60,683 nt of DNA from assembly GCA_015068765.1 (NCBI GenBank), contig SVJY01000006.1:1-60683 (forward strand), read 5' to 3'. The stretch is from Oscillospiraceae bacterium. GTDB lineage: Bacteria > Bacillota > Clostridia > UMGS1883 > UMGS1540. Within the stretch, counting starts at the first letter, position 1. Every line of letters begins with the position of its first letter. Under the pieces are notes generated by a model. The model made no database searches and was not told the origin of the DNA. It saw only the letters and a list, made by a program, of their open reading frames with translations. A program made the translations under genes and the position numbers. Positions 9,740 to 18,843 of the stretch are shown in pieces.

Positions 9740-11311
9740 GTGAATATGAAAACGAAAATTTTGGTTTTAGCACTGGTTCTGGTAATGATTGGCACATGTA
9801 TGCCCACGATGGCGGCGCAGCCGACGGGCGATAATCTGATTACAAACGGTTCCTTTGAGGATGGGCTTACGGGCTGGAAGCTTGCCCAGGGTGTAAGCGG
9901 TGAGCCGGCGCTCACTGTGTCTTCCGGTACAGTGGTAACAGATCAAAAAACGGATGGAAATAGCGCTGTCATGCTAACCGGCACAAGCGACGAGAGAACG
10001 GTACTCCGCCAGTTCCTGCCTGCCGGCACGCTGGAAGAAGGCAAGCAGTATGAACTTTCTGCCTACATCAATATTATAGCCGGCACGGGTGCAAGAATCG
10101 CCCTTCGCGAAGAGGATACTTATAACGGTGAAGAGGTGTGTGATTTAATCGGAACGACGCCGTCTGGTGCTAGCAGTAAATTCAGCTCGGCAGCAACGAA
10201 CGAATGGGTCCGTCTCTCGACGGTGTTTACCTGCAAGGAATCGACAGCAACAAACGGTTGCTCCTTCATTGTAGATATAAACAAAAGCGCGCTTACTCTC
10301 TATATCGATGATGTGCAGCTTCGGGAAACGGATACGGGCCTTTTAGCCGACAACGGTGAATTTGAGACCTTTTCAACGGATTTTAAGCTTCTGACCTATG
10401 ACCAGCATACAACATGGCTGGGTCGCAGAGCAGATCAGGGCTTCCCGCTTGATATGTCCCTGGTTCGCACAGAGGATCACGGTACAGCAATTTGCTTAAC
10501 CGGTAGAGGATCGGCAAACAGCACAATCTTTGTTCGTTTTGACGCCGCAAAGCTTTCAGCTCTCACTGCAGATACTACAATAAAATTGAGCTACCGTATG
10601 AAGGTTATCAAGGAGACGGTCAGCGAAGGCGATGCAGTGAATACATCTATCGAGCACAGGTCAGCGAGCCCCGCTCCAGGACGGTTTGCAAATACTGTTA
10701 CAGTACCGGGCGAATATTTCGATCAGTGGATTACCGTAGAGCATTGGTTTACCTACAGACCGGTTGCCGATCAGGTGTATAGAATTAATGCCGGAACACA
10801 TGCAAGTGACACAAAGATATTGTTTGACAGCTTCACAGCTAAGGTAGAGAGTGCCCCGGCTGTTGCGGGCGGGAAAACCATCAGCTGTACAGAAGCGGAG
10901 GTAGATACAACACGAAACAATGATGACGGATATGCAACGACTGCACCGACTACCTTTGTTACTACCCGCATAAGCGTGGACGAAGCGTATACGGTGGGCG
11001 AAACGGCTTCTCTGTATGTCCATTACCCCACGCTGGAGGAAACTGCACAGTCCGGCACAGTCGTCTGTGCAGTATACAGCGAAAGCGAAAATAACCTGAG
11101 AACATTGGAAACAGTGAAAACAGCTGATATTACCGCCATTCGGAGAGGTGAAAGCGGCACAGTGGTTGACTTCCCCTTGACCGGCATTACCATGCAGGAT
11201 GGCAAGACCTATACACTGGAGGCTATGGTATGGGACGGCGTTTCCGGTCTCAGACCGCTGGCAGGTGCTGCAAAGCTGGTTATGCCCATCGTAGAAGCGG
11301 CAACAGAGTAA
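9740..11311 (+). CDS. Secreted non-catalytic protein with 2 CBM-like modules and C-terminal W-P tail
   Basis: Signal peptide; NLITNGSFE...YIDDVQL and LLADNGEFE...LFDSF; ends CAVY...YTLEAMVWDGVSGLRPL. RBS AGGAGG. Confidence 0.7.
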   Translation: MNMKTKILVLALVLVMIGTCMPTMAAQPTGDNLITNGSFEDGLTGWKLAQGVSGEPALTVSSGTVVTDQKTDGNSAVMLTGTSDERTVLRQFLPAGTLEEGKQYELSAYINIIAGTGARIALREEDTYNGEEVCDLIGTTPSGASSKFSSAATNEWVRLSTVFTCKESTATNGCSFIVDINKSALTLYIDDVQLRETDTGLLADNGEFETFSTDFKLLTYDQHTTWLGRRADQGFPLDMSLVRTEDHGTAICLTGRGSANSTIFVRFDAAKLSALTADTTIKLSYRMKVIKETVSEGDAVNTSIEHRSASPAPGRFANTVTVPGEYFDQWITVEHWFTYRPVADQVYRINAGTHASDTKILFDSFTAKVESAPAVAGGKTISCTEAEVDTTRNNDDGYATTAPTTFVTTRISVDEAYTVGETASLYVHYPTLEETAQSGTVVCAVYSESENNLRTLETVKTADITAIRRGESGTVVDFPLTGITMQDGKTYTLEAMVWDGVSGLRPLAGAAKLVMPIVEAATE

Positions 11312-11331
11312 ACAACGAGAGGTAAGACAAA

Positions 11332-12114
11332 ATGAAATTACGTGATAAATTATGGCTTTGGGGGCAGACGGAGGGCTCGCACCATATAAACGATGCCTTC
11401 AAATTGCCGGGCATGAGCCGCATGACCCCCCTAGAGGGTGCCTACTACTTCGGCATCCGTAATATGTGCCGCGTCGTTATGATGGGGCTTCCGAAGCTCC
11501 CCTTCGACCAGGACCAGATGGTGCTGGATACGATGGAAAACGTGGTCTGGTCCATTATCGGTGACGGCACAAGCGGCAAGGCAGACTATACAGACGAAAT
11601 TATTCGTTTAACGCACCAATATCCGAACATCACGGGTGTAATCATGGATGATATTATGCGTCTGCCGCGAATGGAAATCTTCTCGCCGGAATCCTACCGG
11701 GTTTTCAAGGAAAAGCTGAAGGATGCGGCACGGCCGATGCCGCTGTGGTGCACCATCTACACCCATCAGCTGACAGAGGAGCGTATTCCCTACATTGCGG
11801 AATGTGACGTTCTCACCTTATGGACCTGGCATCAGGAGGATTTGCCAGCTATTCGTGAAAACCTAGCGAAGCTCCGCACGCTCTCCGGCGACCAGCCGAT
11901 CTACGGCGGCCTGTATATGTGGGACTATGGCAACAAAAAGGAAATCAGCGATGATTTGATGCAGCTACAGCTGGATACCTACTACGAGCTTCTTCGGAAT
12001 AAGGAGATCGCCGGTGTAATCGTCTGCTCGAATTGCTGTGCCGATGTGGGACTTAGGTCCTCCGTCATGGTACGGGATTGGATTCGTTTGCACGGGGATG
12101 AAGAGATAGAATAG
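11332..12114 (+). CDS. Uncharacterised cytoplasmic protein, probable (beta/alpha)8 barrel, possible glycoside hydrolase
   Basis: Alternating strand/helix pattern with WLWG, SRMTP.EG, YPNITGVIMDD, LTLWTW and YMWDYG. RBS GAGG. Confidence 0.55.
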   Translation: MKLRDKLWLWGQTEGSHHINDAFKLPGMSRMTPLEGAYYFGIRNMCRVVMMGLPKLPFDQDQMVLDTMENVVWSIIGDGTSGKADYTDEIIRLTHQYPNITGVIMDDIMRLPRMEIFSPESYRVFKEKLKDAARPMPLWCTIYTHQLTEERIPYIAECDVLTLWTWHQEDLPAIRENLAKLRTLSGDQPIYGGLYMWDYGNKKEISDDLMQLQLDTYYELLRNKEIAGVIVCSNCCADVGLRSSVMVRDWIRLHGDEEIE

Positions 12115-12122
12115 CTGAATTT

Positions 12123-12175
12123 TCGCCCGCAAATCGGAGGGGTATTGGAGGGAGCCCCGGTTGATTTGCGGGCGA
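12123..12175 (+). other. Intercistronic stem-loop without U-tract
   Basis: Perfect 13-bp stem TCGCCCGCAAATC/GATTTGCGGGCGA between two co-oriented genes. Confidence 0.7.
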
Positions 12176-12205
12176 TGCAGCCTCATTTGAAAAAAGGAGA
12201 GGACA

Positions 12206-14155
12206 ATGAAAAAACTAAAAAGAGGCATACATATTGATTTTCATACGCTGCCCGGCATTTATAATTTTGGGGAAGGCTTTGATGCCGAGGTGTTTGCCGA
12301 ACGGCTGAAAAATGCCAATGTGGAGATTATCAATGCATTTTTTCAGTGCAACATCGGTCATGTGTATTATCCGACGAAAATCGGCGTGCCCTACCCGGAT
12401 ATGCAGGGGGATATGTTCGGTGATATAGTCCGGGAGTGCCGAAAAAGGGACATTCGCGTCGTGGGATATACGAATACGGCCATAAACCATGTCCAGGCGA
12501 TTTTGCACCCCGAATGGCAGAGAGTGGACAGCGAGGGAAGAGTTTTGCAGCATGAGAGGACAATAACCAGTAGCTTTTTCCGCACGATGTGCTATAACAG
12601 TGACGGATACCGCAAGTATTTATCTTCCCTCATCCGCGAGGTGATGGAGCTGTATGATATCGACGGTATTTTTGCCGACTGTATGACGCCGAGCCCCTTC
12701 TGTCATTGTCCGAAATGCACACGGGAAATGATAGAAGAGGGACTGGATGTTACAAATGAAAACCACGTGCGGTATTTTGCCCATAAAAAGTTTTTTGAAT
12801 TTGCCCATATGATTCGCTCAGCCGTGCCCGAAGGGAAGCTGGTACAGCAGACCGGCGTCCCCTTTGACTGGGACGGGGCACAGAATGTAAGCACGCACGG
12901 AGAGCTGGAATGCCTCCCGGCAGGAAGATGGGGGTACGACTTTTTCGGACCGCAGGTCGCCTATATGCGGAAATGCCGTGACCAGATTCTGTATATGTCC
13001 GGTCGTTTTCACTATAACTGGGGCGATTTCGGCGGCTATAAATCCATAGCCTCTATGGAAAATGACTGCTTCGATGCCCTTTCCCAGGGCGTACAGGTTT
13101 CGATTGGTGACCATATGCACCCGGCAGGCAATTTGGATAAAAAGCTGTATGAGGATATCGGTGCGCTTTTCGAGCGTGTAAAAGCATATGAGGAATGGAC
13201 GGATGATGCCGTATACCGTTCGGAAATCGGTATTCTCAATGATAAAACCGTAGTTACGAAGGATGAAATGCGTGGCGGCCTTGGGCGAAACCCCTCGGTA
13301 CGCGGTGCGGCAAGAATGCTGGCGGAGCTGAAATACGGCTTCGATATTTTAAATGAGGATATGGACTTTTCACCGTACAAGCTGCTGCTTTTACCGGATG
13401 ATTTGTACATGTCAGAAAATCTGCGGAAAAAGCTTTCTGCCTTTTTGGCGGACGGCGGCAAGGTGATTTCCTCCGGCAGTGCAGGGCTGAATAACGAAAA
13501 AACCGATTTTGCATGTAAGGAATGGGATTTCATCCGCTTCGACGGCATAGATGAGCATAATGTTTCATTCTTTACCGATGCCCTTCGTCAAAGACCCATT
13601 GCCATGTACAGACCGGGCATACGGATGACCTCCGCATACAAAACGGCAGACTATATAAAGCCGTATTTTAACCGCCACTTTGACGGCATACACGGCTATC
13701 GGTACGTACCGCCGGAAAAGACAACGGGACAGGCGGCACTGGCGGAAAAGGACGGCGTGTGCCATATCTGCTTCCGTATTTTTGAAAGCTATTATTTTGA
13801 GGCGTATGCCTTGCATAAACAGCTTCTGGATAAAATTATAAAGCGTTTTATGCCTGCACCGCTTCTGAAGGCAGAGGGAATCCCCTCTACCGCACGGGTG
13901 ACGCTGACGGGCACAAAAGCCTATGAGCTTCTCCATATAAAGACGAGCTTCCCGGAAAAAAGAGGCCACGCCATGAGCGTGATTGAAGAGCATGTAACGC
14001 TTCCGGCGGGACAATGTGTTTCGGTAAAGGGAAGCTATAAAGCGGCGTACCGTTTGCCGGAAAAGACCCCTGTTTCGATTGAAAAAGACGGCACGTACAC
14101 GAAGGTGTTCCTGCCTGAAATCGAAGGCTATGCCATGTTTCTCTTAGAAAAATAG
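12206..14155 (+). CDS. GH151-like (GHL6) alpha-L-fucosidase with beta-galactosidase trimerisation-like domain
   Basis: N-terminal IHIDFHT...FDAEVFAERLK...GHVYYPTKIG, DGIFAD, C.C..C, RFH..WGDFGG.K and SIGDHMHP, recognised as GH151-type motifs. No signal peptide. Confidence 0.7.
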   Translation: MKKLKRGIHIDFHTLPGIYNFGEGFDAEVFAERLKNANVEIINAFFQCNIGHVYYPTKIGVPYPDMQGDMFGDIVRECRKRDIRVVGYTNTAINHVQAILHPEWQRVDSEGRVLQHERTITSSFFRTMCYNSDGYRKYLSSLIREVMELYDIDGIFADCMTPSPFCHCPKCTREMIEEGLDVTNENHVRYFAHKKFFEFAHMIRSAVPEGKLVQQTGVPFDWDGAQNVSTHGELECLPAGRWGYDFFGPQVAYMRKCRDQILYMSGRFHYNWGDFGGYKSIASMENDCFDALSQGVQVSIGDHMHPAGNLDKKLYEDIGALFERVKAYEEWTDDAVYRSEIGILNDKTVVTKDEMRGGLGRNPSVRGAARMLAELKYGFDILNEDMDFSPYKLLLLPDDLYMSENLRKKLSAFLADGGKVISSGSAGLNNEKTDFACKEWDFIRFDGIDEHNVSFFTDALRQRPIAMYRPGIRMTSAYKTADYIKPYFNRHFDGIHGYRYVPPEKTTGQAALAEKDGVCHICFRIFESYYFEAYALHKQLLDKIIKRFMPAPLLKAEGIPSTARVTLTGTKAYELLHIKTSFPEKRGHAMSVIEEHVTLPAGQCVSVKGSYKAAYRLPEKTPVSIEKDGTYTKVFLPEIEGYAMFLLEK

Positions 14156-14190
14156 ATTGTTTTAATCCGAGAAAAAAAGGAGACGATACT

Positions 14191-17100
14191 ATGAAAAAGA
14201 CAATAGCAGCCATGTTAGCAGTTCTTTTGCTATGTTCCGGTGTTCTATCCGTTTCGGCAGAGGAAAGGGAGTACCCTTTTAGGATTTCCCCCACGGTGGA
14301 AATGCGGGAGGATGGGGAAGCCTATTCAATCAAGGAGCGTCCGATAAAAGAGGGCGATTATAAAATCCAAACCTTGACAAAGCATACAAAGACAGCAGGG
14401 AAAAACGGCGATGAAAATATTTTCCCGGACGGTGGCTTTGAAAATGCGACAGAAACCTTTCTTACGGGATGGAGCGGAAACGGCGTTGAAGGCGGCGTAA
14501 TCGGTGAAACCAACGCCTTTATTGTGAATGATGCCCAAGAGGGCAAAAAGGCACTCAAGCTATCCGGACCGGAAGGAAAGAACGTACACGGCGTACAGGT
14601 TTTTACGAATATGATACCGGGCGAGGAATATGAGTTATCTGCTTGGTGTAAACGAATTTCCGGTACAGCCAATATTTCCTTAGGCTTTGGTTATGTTGAG
14701 CCGGAGACAGATATGAGTATGGAATACGGCAATCGGGTAAACCTAAGCTTTTCGGATGCCCCTGCCAATACCTGGACGCAGAAAATTATTCAGTTTACCA
14801 TGCCGGAGGATGCCAATAAAGCAACGATAATGGCTCGCCTTATGGGCGGCGGTGAAATTTATTATGACGGCATTATGCTTCTCGGGCCCCAAAAGCCGGT
14901 AGAAATTGCGGCAATGCCGGAATATGTAAAGCCCGGAGAGGGTACGGAAAACATCTTCAAAAACGGGGGCTTTGAAGAGGAAACGGAAGTCACGCATATC
15001 AAGCACGGCACAGAATATGAAGGCGTTTGGTTTGACCGTGACGACGATGTTATGAAAGGGCACTTTACCTATTCGGATGCGGAAGCCCATTCGGGTAAGC
15101 AGTCCATTCATTTAAAGGGCGATAATTTGAATATGCCCTGGCTGGGGCAGGTCATCAAGGTTGAGCCGGAAACGACCTACCAGATTTCAGCTTGGGTAAA
15201 GGTAGTAGACCCCCGAAATGTGAATTTCCGCTTCCAGGGTGACGGGTATAAAAATTCCCCGGAGCAGACAGAAGAAAACTATATATCGGATGCACGTACC
15301 ACCGTTCATCCCGGCATAGACCCGAAAAACCTTGAGTGGCAGCAAATTGTCGGCAACTTTACAACCCACCAGGATGCGGAGTATTATTGCTTTATGCTGC
15401 GTGGTGGTGATAAGATACAGGATATGTATTTTGACGATATAGAGCTTTACCCGCTCGCAGGTCTCAGCAAAAAGCTTCGCAGCTTTATTCCGGACGATGT
15501 GTTCTACTATTCCGATTATGAAGGAAACGGGTATGCCGACCTTACCACCTACAGAAGCACCACCGACGAAAATCAGCAAGTGCGTTTTCGCTTCTATGAT
15601 GCGGATAAGGTAGTCAAGGAAGAAATCGTAACGCTTCCTGCGGACGGTACATATCGTTTCTATTATCCCTTAGAGCTTCTGGCGGAAAAGAAAAAGGAAT
15701 ATAAGCTTGAAGCTATGATTTTGGGTCCAAACGGCGAGGAAACGGACGACACGATGGAGCGTTTCATTTATAAATATGATCGCCCCACCATGCTGAATGA
15801 AGCCTTGGAGCTTATGACGAGTGATGGAACGAAAATTGAGAATTACATACTGGCACAGGGTACAACGCCGGCGGTCATGTGGCAAATTCCCGAAGTCGGT
15901 GCGACCATCGGCCGTGCAATCGGTACCTGGCGAACAGATAGAATCGAACGACTGGATGTCGCATACGAAGCCGGGATGTATGCTACCGTTACCCTCTTTA
16001 ATCACGAGGACATCCGTGACCCGGAGGTGTATGCCGACGTGGTAAATACGATTAATATGGTAAAAGACCATCCGGCACTGATCGGCTGGTATTTATGGGA
16101 AGAGCCGAAATTTGCAGAGTCTACCTATGACCTACAGGAAAACATCCGCATCGGTGCGAAGCTGATTCGTGACATGGACCCAAAGCATCCTCTTTTCGGC
16201 GTTGTTTCTCAGCCGCTCCATGCAGGAGAGCTTGGTAAATTCTGCGACATCTTAGATATGGACATCTATCCGGCACAAACGTATGATGGACAGCGTGGTA
16301 TGCGTATTGCAGAGGCAATTTCCATGGGTCTGGAAAGTAACGATTGGCAAAAGGTTGTTTCCATCATGACCCAGGCCTTTGAATGGTTTGAATTCCAGCC
16401 CACCTGGAACGACCTTAGAAACTATATTTATATGGCCATGTTTGAAGGTGCCGGCGGCTTCAGCTTCCATACCTTCGATAAAGTAGACGGTATTGCTGAA
16501 AACGGTACGGGTGTTCAGCCCGGCGACGAAAGATGGAATGGTATGGTGAAGGCATCAGAGTGGGAGTATGACTTTATCTTTGACCACTTTGTAAACCAAA
16601 AAGCGCCCCTATTTAACGAAGGCAGAACAGAGGATGTCTGGTGGAGAACGGTTGTCCGTGACGGGGAGCTTTACGCCATTGCCGTAAACACCTGGGAAAC
16701 GAAGGAAAGCACGGTAGATATTCCTCTCGTTGACTATACGGGTACAATTAAAATAAACGGTGCAAAGGCGGAGCTTATAGAGGGCGGCGAAGCGAAAACC
16801 GTCAATATTTCCGGCGATACCTTCCGTGTAGAGCTTGAGAAATTCCAGTCCGCTATCTTCAAGATTACCCCCAATGAAGCGGTAGATTTCTCGAATGTAA
16901 AGGTTACGCGGTTCCGTGACCTGCAGCACCACGTCTGGGCAAGAGATGCCATTATTGAAATGGATGAAAAGGGCATTGTAAACGACCTTTCTGCGGTTGC
17001 GTTTGCACCGGGCAGAAATATTACCCGTGGCGACTTTGCTATGTTCTTAGTGCGTGCACTCGGTCTTACCGGTGACGGCTCCAAGGTAAGCTTTGACGAT

Positions 17101-17433
17101 GTTTCTCCCAAAAGAGAGTATGCGGAAGCCCTTGCCATCGGCAAAGCGGCGGGCATCTTAAACGGTGTGGGCGAGAATAAATTTAACCCGGATGCGGAAA
17201 TTTCCCGCCAGGATATGATGACGATTATCAGCCGTGGTATGGCACTCTCCGGGGATAGCGATTTATCGGCATTTTCCGACAGCGGCCTCATTGCCGACTA
17301 TGCACTTCCCCACGTGAAGGCAATGATTGCCTCCGGTCTTGTAAAGGGTAATGCCGACGGCACCATAAACCCCAAAGGCAATACCACAAGAGCAGAAGCG
17401 GCTGTGATTATGCAGAGAATTGTAAATCGATAA
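14191..17433 (+). CDS. Secreted CBM-CBM-Ig-TIM barrel-SLH paralog
   Basis: Signal peptide; DGGFE/NGGFE modules; HPALIGWYLWEEP and DILDMDIYP; C-terminal SLH repeats. RBS AAGGAG. Confidence 0.75.
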   Translation: MKKTIAAMLAVLLLCSGVLSVSAEEREYPFRISPTVEMREDGEAYSIKERPIKEGDYKIQTLTKHTKTAGKNGDENIFPDGGFENATETFLTGWSGNGVEGGVIGETNAFIVNDAQEGKKALKLSGPEGKNVHGVQVFTNMIPGEEYELSAWCKRISGTANISLGFGYVEPETDMSMEYGNRVNLSFSDAPANTWTQKIIQFTMPEDANKATIMARLMGGGEIYYDGIMLLGPQKPVEIAAMPEYVKPGEGTENIFKNGGFEEETEVTHIKHGTEYEGVWFDRDDDVMKGHFTYSDAEAHSGKQSIHLKGDNLNMPWLGQVIKVEPETTYQISAWVKVVDPRNVNFRFQGDGYKNSPEQTEENYISDARTTVHPGIDPKNLEWQQIVGNFTTHQDAEYYCFMLRGGDKIQDMYFDDIELYPLAGLSKKLRSFIPDDVFYYSDYEGNGYADLTTYRSTTDENQQVRFRFYDADKVVKEEIVTLPADGTYRFYYPLELLAEKKKEYKLEAMILGPNGEETDDTMERFIYKYDRPTMLNEALELMTSDGTKIENYILAQGTTPAVMWQIPEVGATIGRAIGTWRTDRIERLDVAYEAGMYATVTLFNHEDIRDPEVYADVVNTINMVKDHPALIGWYLWEEPKFAESTYDLQENIRIGAKLIRDMDPKHPLFGVVSQPLHAGELGKFCDILDMDIYPAQTYDGQRGMRIAEAISMGLESNDWQKVVSIMTQAFEWFEFQPTWNDLRNYIYMAMFEGAGGFSFHTFDKVDGIAENGTGVQPGDERWNGMVKASEWEYDFIFDHFVNQKAPLFNEGRTEDVWWRTVVRDGELYAIAVNTWETKESTVDIPLVDYTGTIKINGAKAELIEGGEAKTVNISGDTFRVELEKFQSAIFKITPNEAVDFSNVKVTRFRDLQHHVWARDAIIEMDEKGIVNDLSAVAFAPGRNITRGDFAMFLVRALGLTGDGSKVSFDDVSPKREYAEALAIGKAAGILNGVGENKFNPDAEISRQDMMTIISRGMALSGDSDLSAFSDSGLIADYALPHVKAMIASGLVKGNADGTINPKGNTTRAEAAVIMQRIVNR
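17289..17415 (+). repeat. 127-bp exact direct repeat, copy 2
   Basis: Identical to 1-127. Confidence 0.95.
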
Positions 17434-17455
17434 GAACGCAGCTCACGAAACGCTG

Positions 17456-17490
17456 AAAGGCCTGTGACAAGTTTTGTCACAGGCCCTTTA
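17456..17490. terminator. Rho-independent terminator between convergent genes
   Basis: GGCCTGTGACAA-GTT-TTGTCACAGGCC hairpin with A/T flanks. Confidence 0.75.
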
Positions 17491-17532
17491 TGTTCCTCCC
17501 TTTACGCAAGGGATGCGGTTGCATGTTTTTGT

Positions 17533-18843
17533 TTATCGCTTTTTGTCCTTTTGAAACGCTTGTACGGCTTCGTATACTTCGCCCAGCATATAGAGAGACC
17601 CGAAGGCCAAAATCACGTCCGGCTTCTCGGCATATGCCGCCGCCACTGCCGCCGGAATCGAAGGTGCCGCTGTGACGTTCTGATGATACGGCATCGCCGT
17701 CTCCGCCAGCTTTTCTGCCGATAGTGCACGGGGAGAGGGAACAGTTACGGTAATCAGCTTTTCCGAAAGACCACCGGTTTTCTCCATAGCCTTTCCGTAT
17801 TCCTTATCTGCAAGCATTCCGGCAATGAGAACGATTTTTTTTCCGCCAAACATTCCGTCCACCGCCCGGCAGAGGGCGTCAATTCCATCCAGATTATGGG
17901 CACCGTCTAAAATAAACAGCGGATCCTCCGCCACCGTCTCCAGCCGTCCCCGGTGGCGTACGCTACGGAAGCCTTCGTATATGGCTTCATCGGGAACAGA
18001 AATGCCTTTTTCTCGGAGCACGCGTATAATTTCTAAGGTTACGCAGGCGTTTTTCGCCATATGCTCTCCTGCGAGGGGCAAAAACAGGTCGTGGTAGCCA
18101 CCGGCGGAGAAGATGCTCCCCCGATACCCGGCTTCCCGGATTTTCGGGACATCTGCCATGCGCATTGTCGCCTTTTTTTCCGCACATGCCGCCCGAATGA
18201 CCGCCAGTGCCTCCTCCGGCTGCTGGCCATAGACCACTGCCGGCACGCCCTCCTTTAAAATCCCGCACTTTTCGGCGGCGATTTCGGAAAGGGAGTTTCC
18301 CAGATACTGCATATGGTCAAAACCGATAGAAGTGATTGCGGTGCAAAGAGGGTTTTCGATGACGTTGGTGGCATCCAGCCTGCCGCCGAGACCAACCTCC
18401 AGCACCACATAGTCGCACTTTTCCTCGGCGAAGCAGAGGAAGCCCACCGCCGTGACAATTTCAAATTCCGTGGGGTGCGGCAGTCCCTCTGCCACCATGG
18501 CCGCACAGGTTTCCTTGACCCGGAGGGTATTTCTGGTCAGGCTATCGTCCGCAATTTCTTCGCCGTCAATCTGAATCCGTTCATTGAAACGGAATACATA
18601 AGGAGAGGTGTAGGCACCTACCCTGTATCCGGCGGCAGACAGCACTGCCGCCAGAGAAGTGGTTACTGTACCTTTGCCGTTTGTACCGGCAATATGGATA
18701 CACTGCACCTTATCCTGGGGGCGGTCCAGCCGCTGCAGGAGCTCCCGGATGTTGGAAAGCCCCAGCTTTGAGCCCAGCTTCAGGGCACCATGAATAAAAT
18801 CCAGTGCATCCTCGTATGTGAAAGATTTATTTGAATGCTTCAA
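17533..18843 (-). CDS. folC: Folylpolyglutamate synthase/dihydrofolate synthase
   Basis: [14 protein letters not shown]...[18 protein letters not shown] and LDGAHN; directly downstream of valS. TTG start is uncertain. Confidence 0.95.
   Translation of the reverse strand: MKHSNKSFTYEDALDFIHGALKLGSKLGLSNIRELLQRLDRPQDKVQCIHIAGTNGKGTVTTSLAAVLSAAGYRVGAYTSPYVFRFNERIQIDGEEIADDSLTRNTLRVKETCAAMVAEGLPHPTEFEIVTAVGFLCFAEEKCDYVVLEVGLGGRLDATNVIENPLCTAITSIGFDHMQYLGNSLSEIAAEKCGILKEGVPAVVYGQQPEEALAVIRAACAEKKATMRMADVPKIREAGYRGSIFSAGGYHDLFLPLAGEHMAKNACVTLEIIRVLREKGISVPDEAIYEGFRSVRHRGRLETVAEDPLFILDGAHNLDGIDALCRAVDGMFGGKKIVLIAGMLADKEYGKAMEKTGGLSEKLITVTVPSPRALSAEKLAETAMPYHQNVTAAPSIPAAVAAAYAEKPDVILAFGSLYMLGEVYEAVQAFQKDKKR

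Noticed and set aside
17289-17415. Repeat pair as a diversity-generating retroelement template/variable repeat
   Set aside because: The copies are identical rather than adenine-variable, both are coding SLH ends, and no reverse transcriptase is present.
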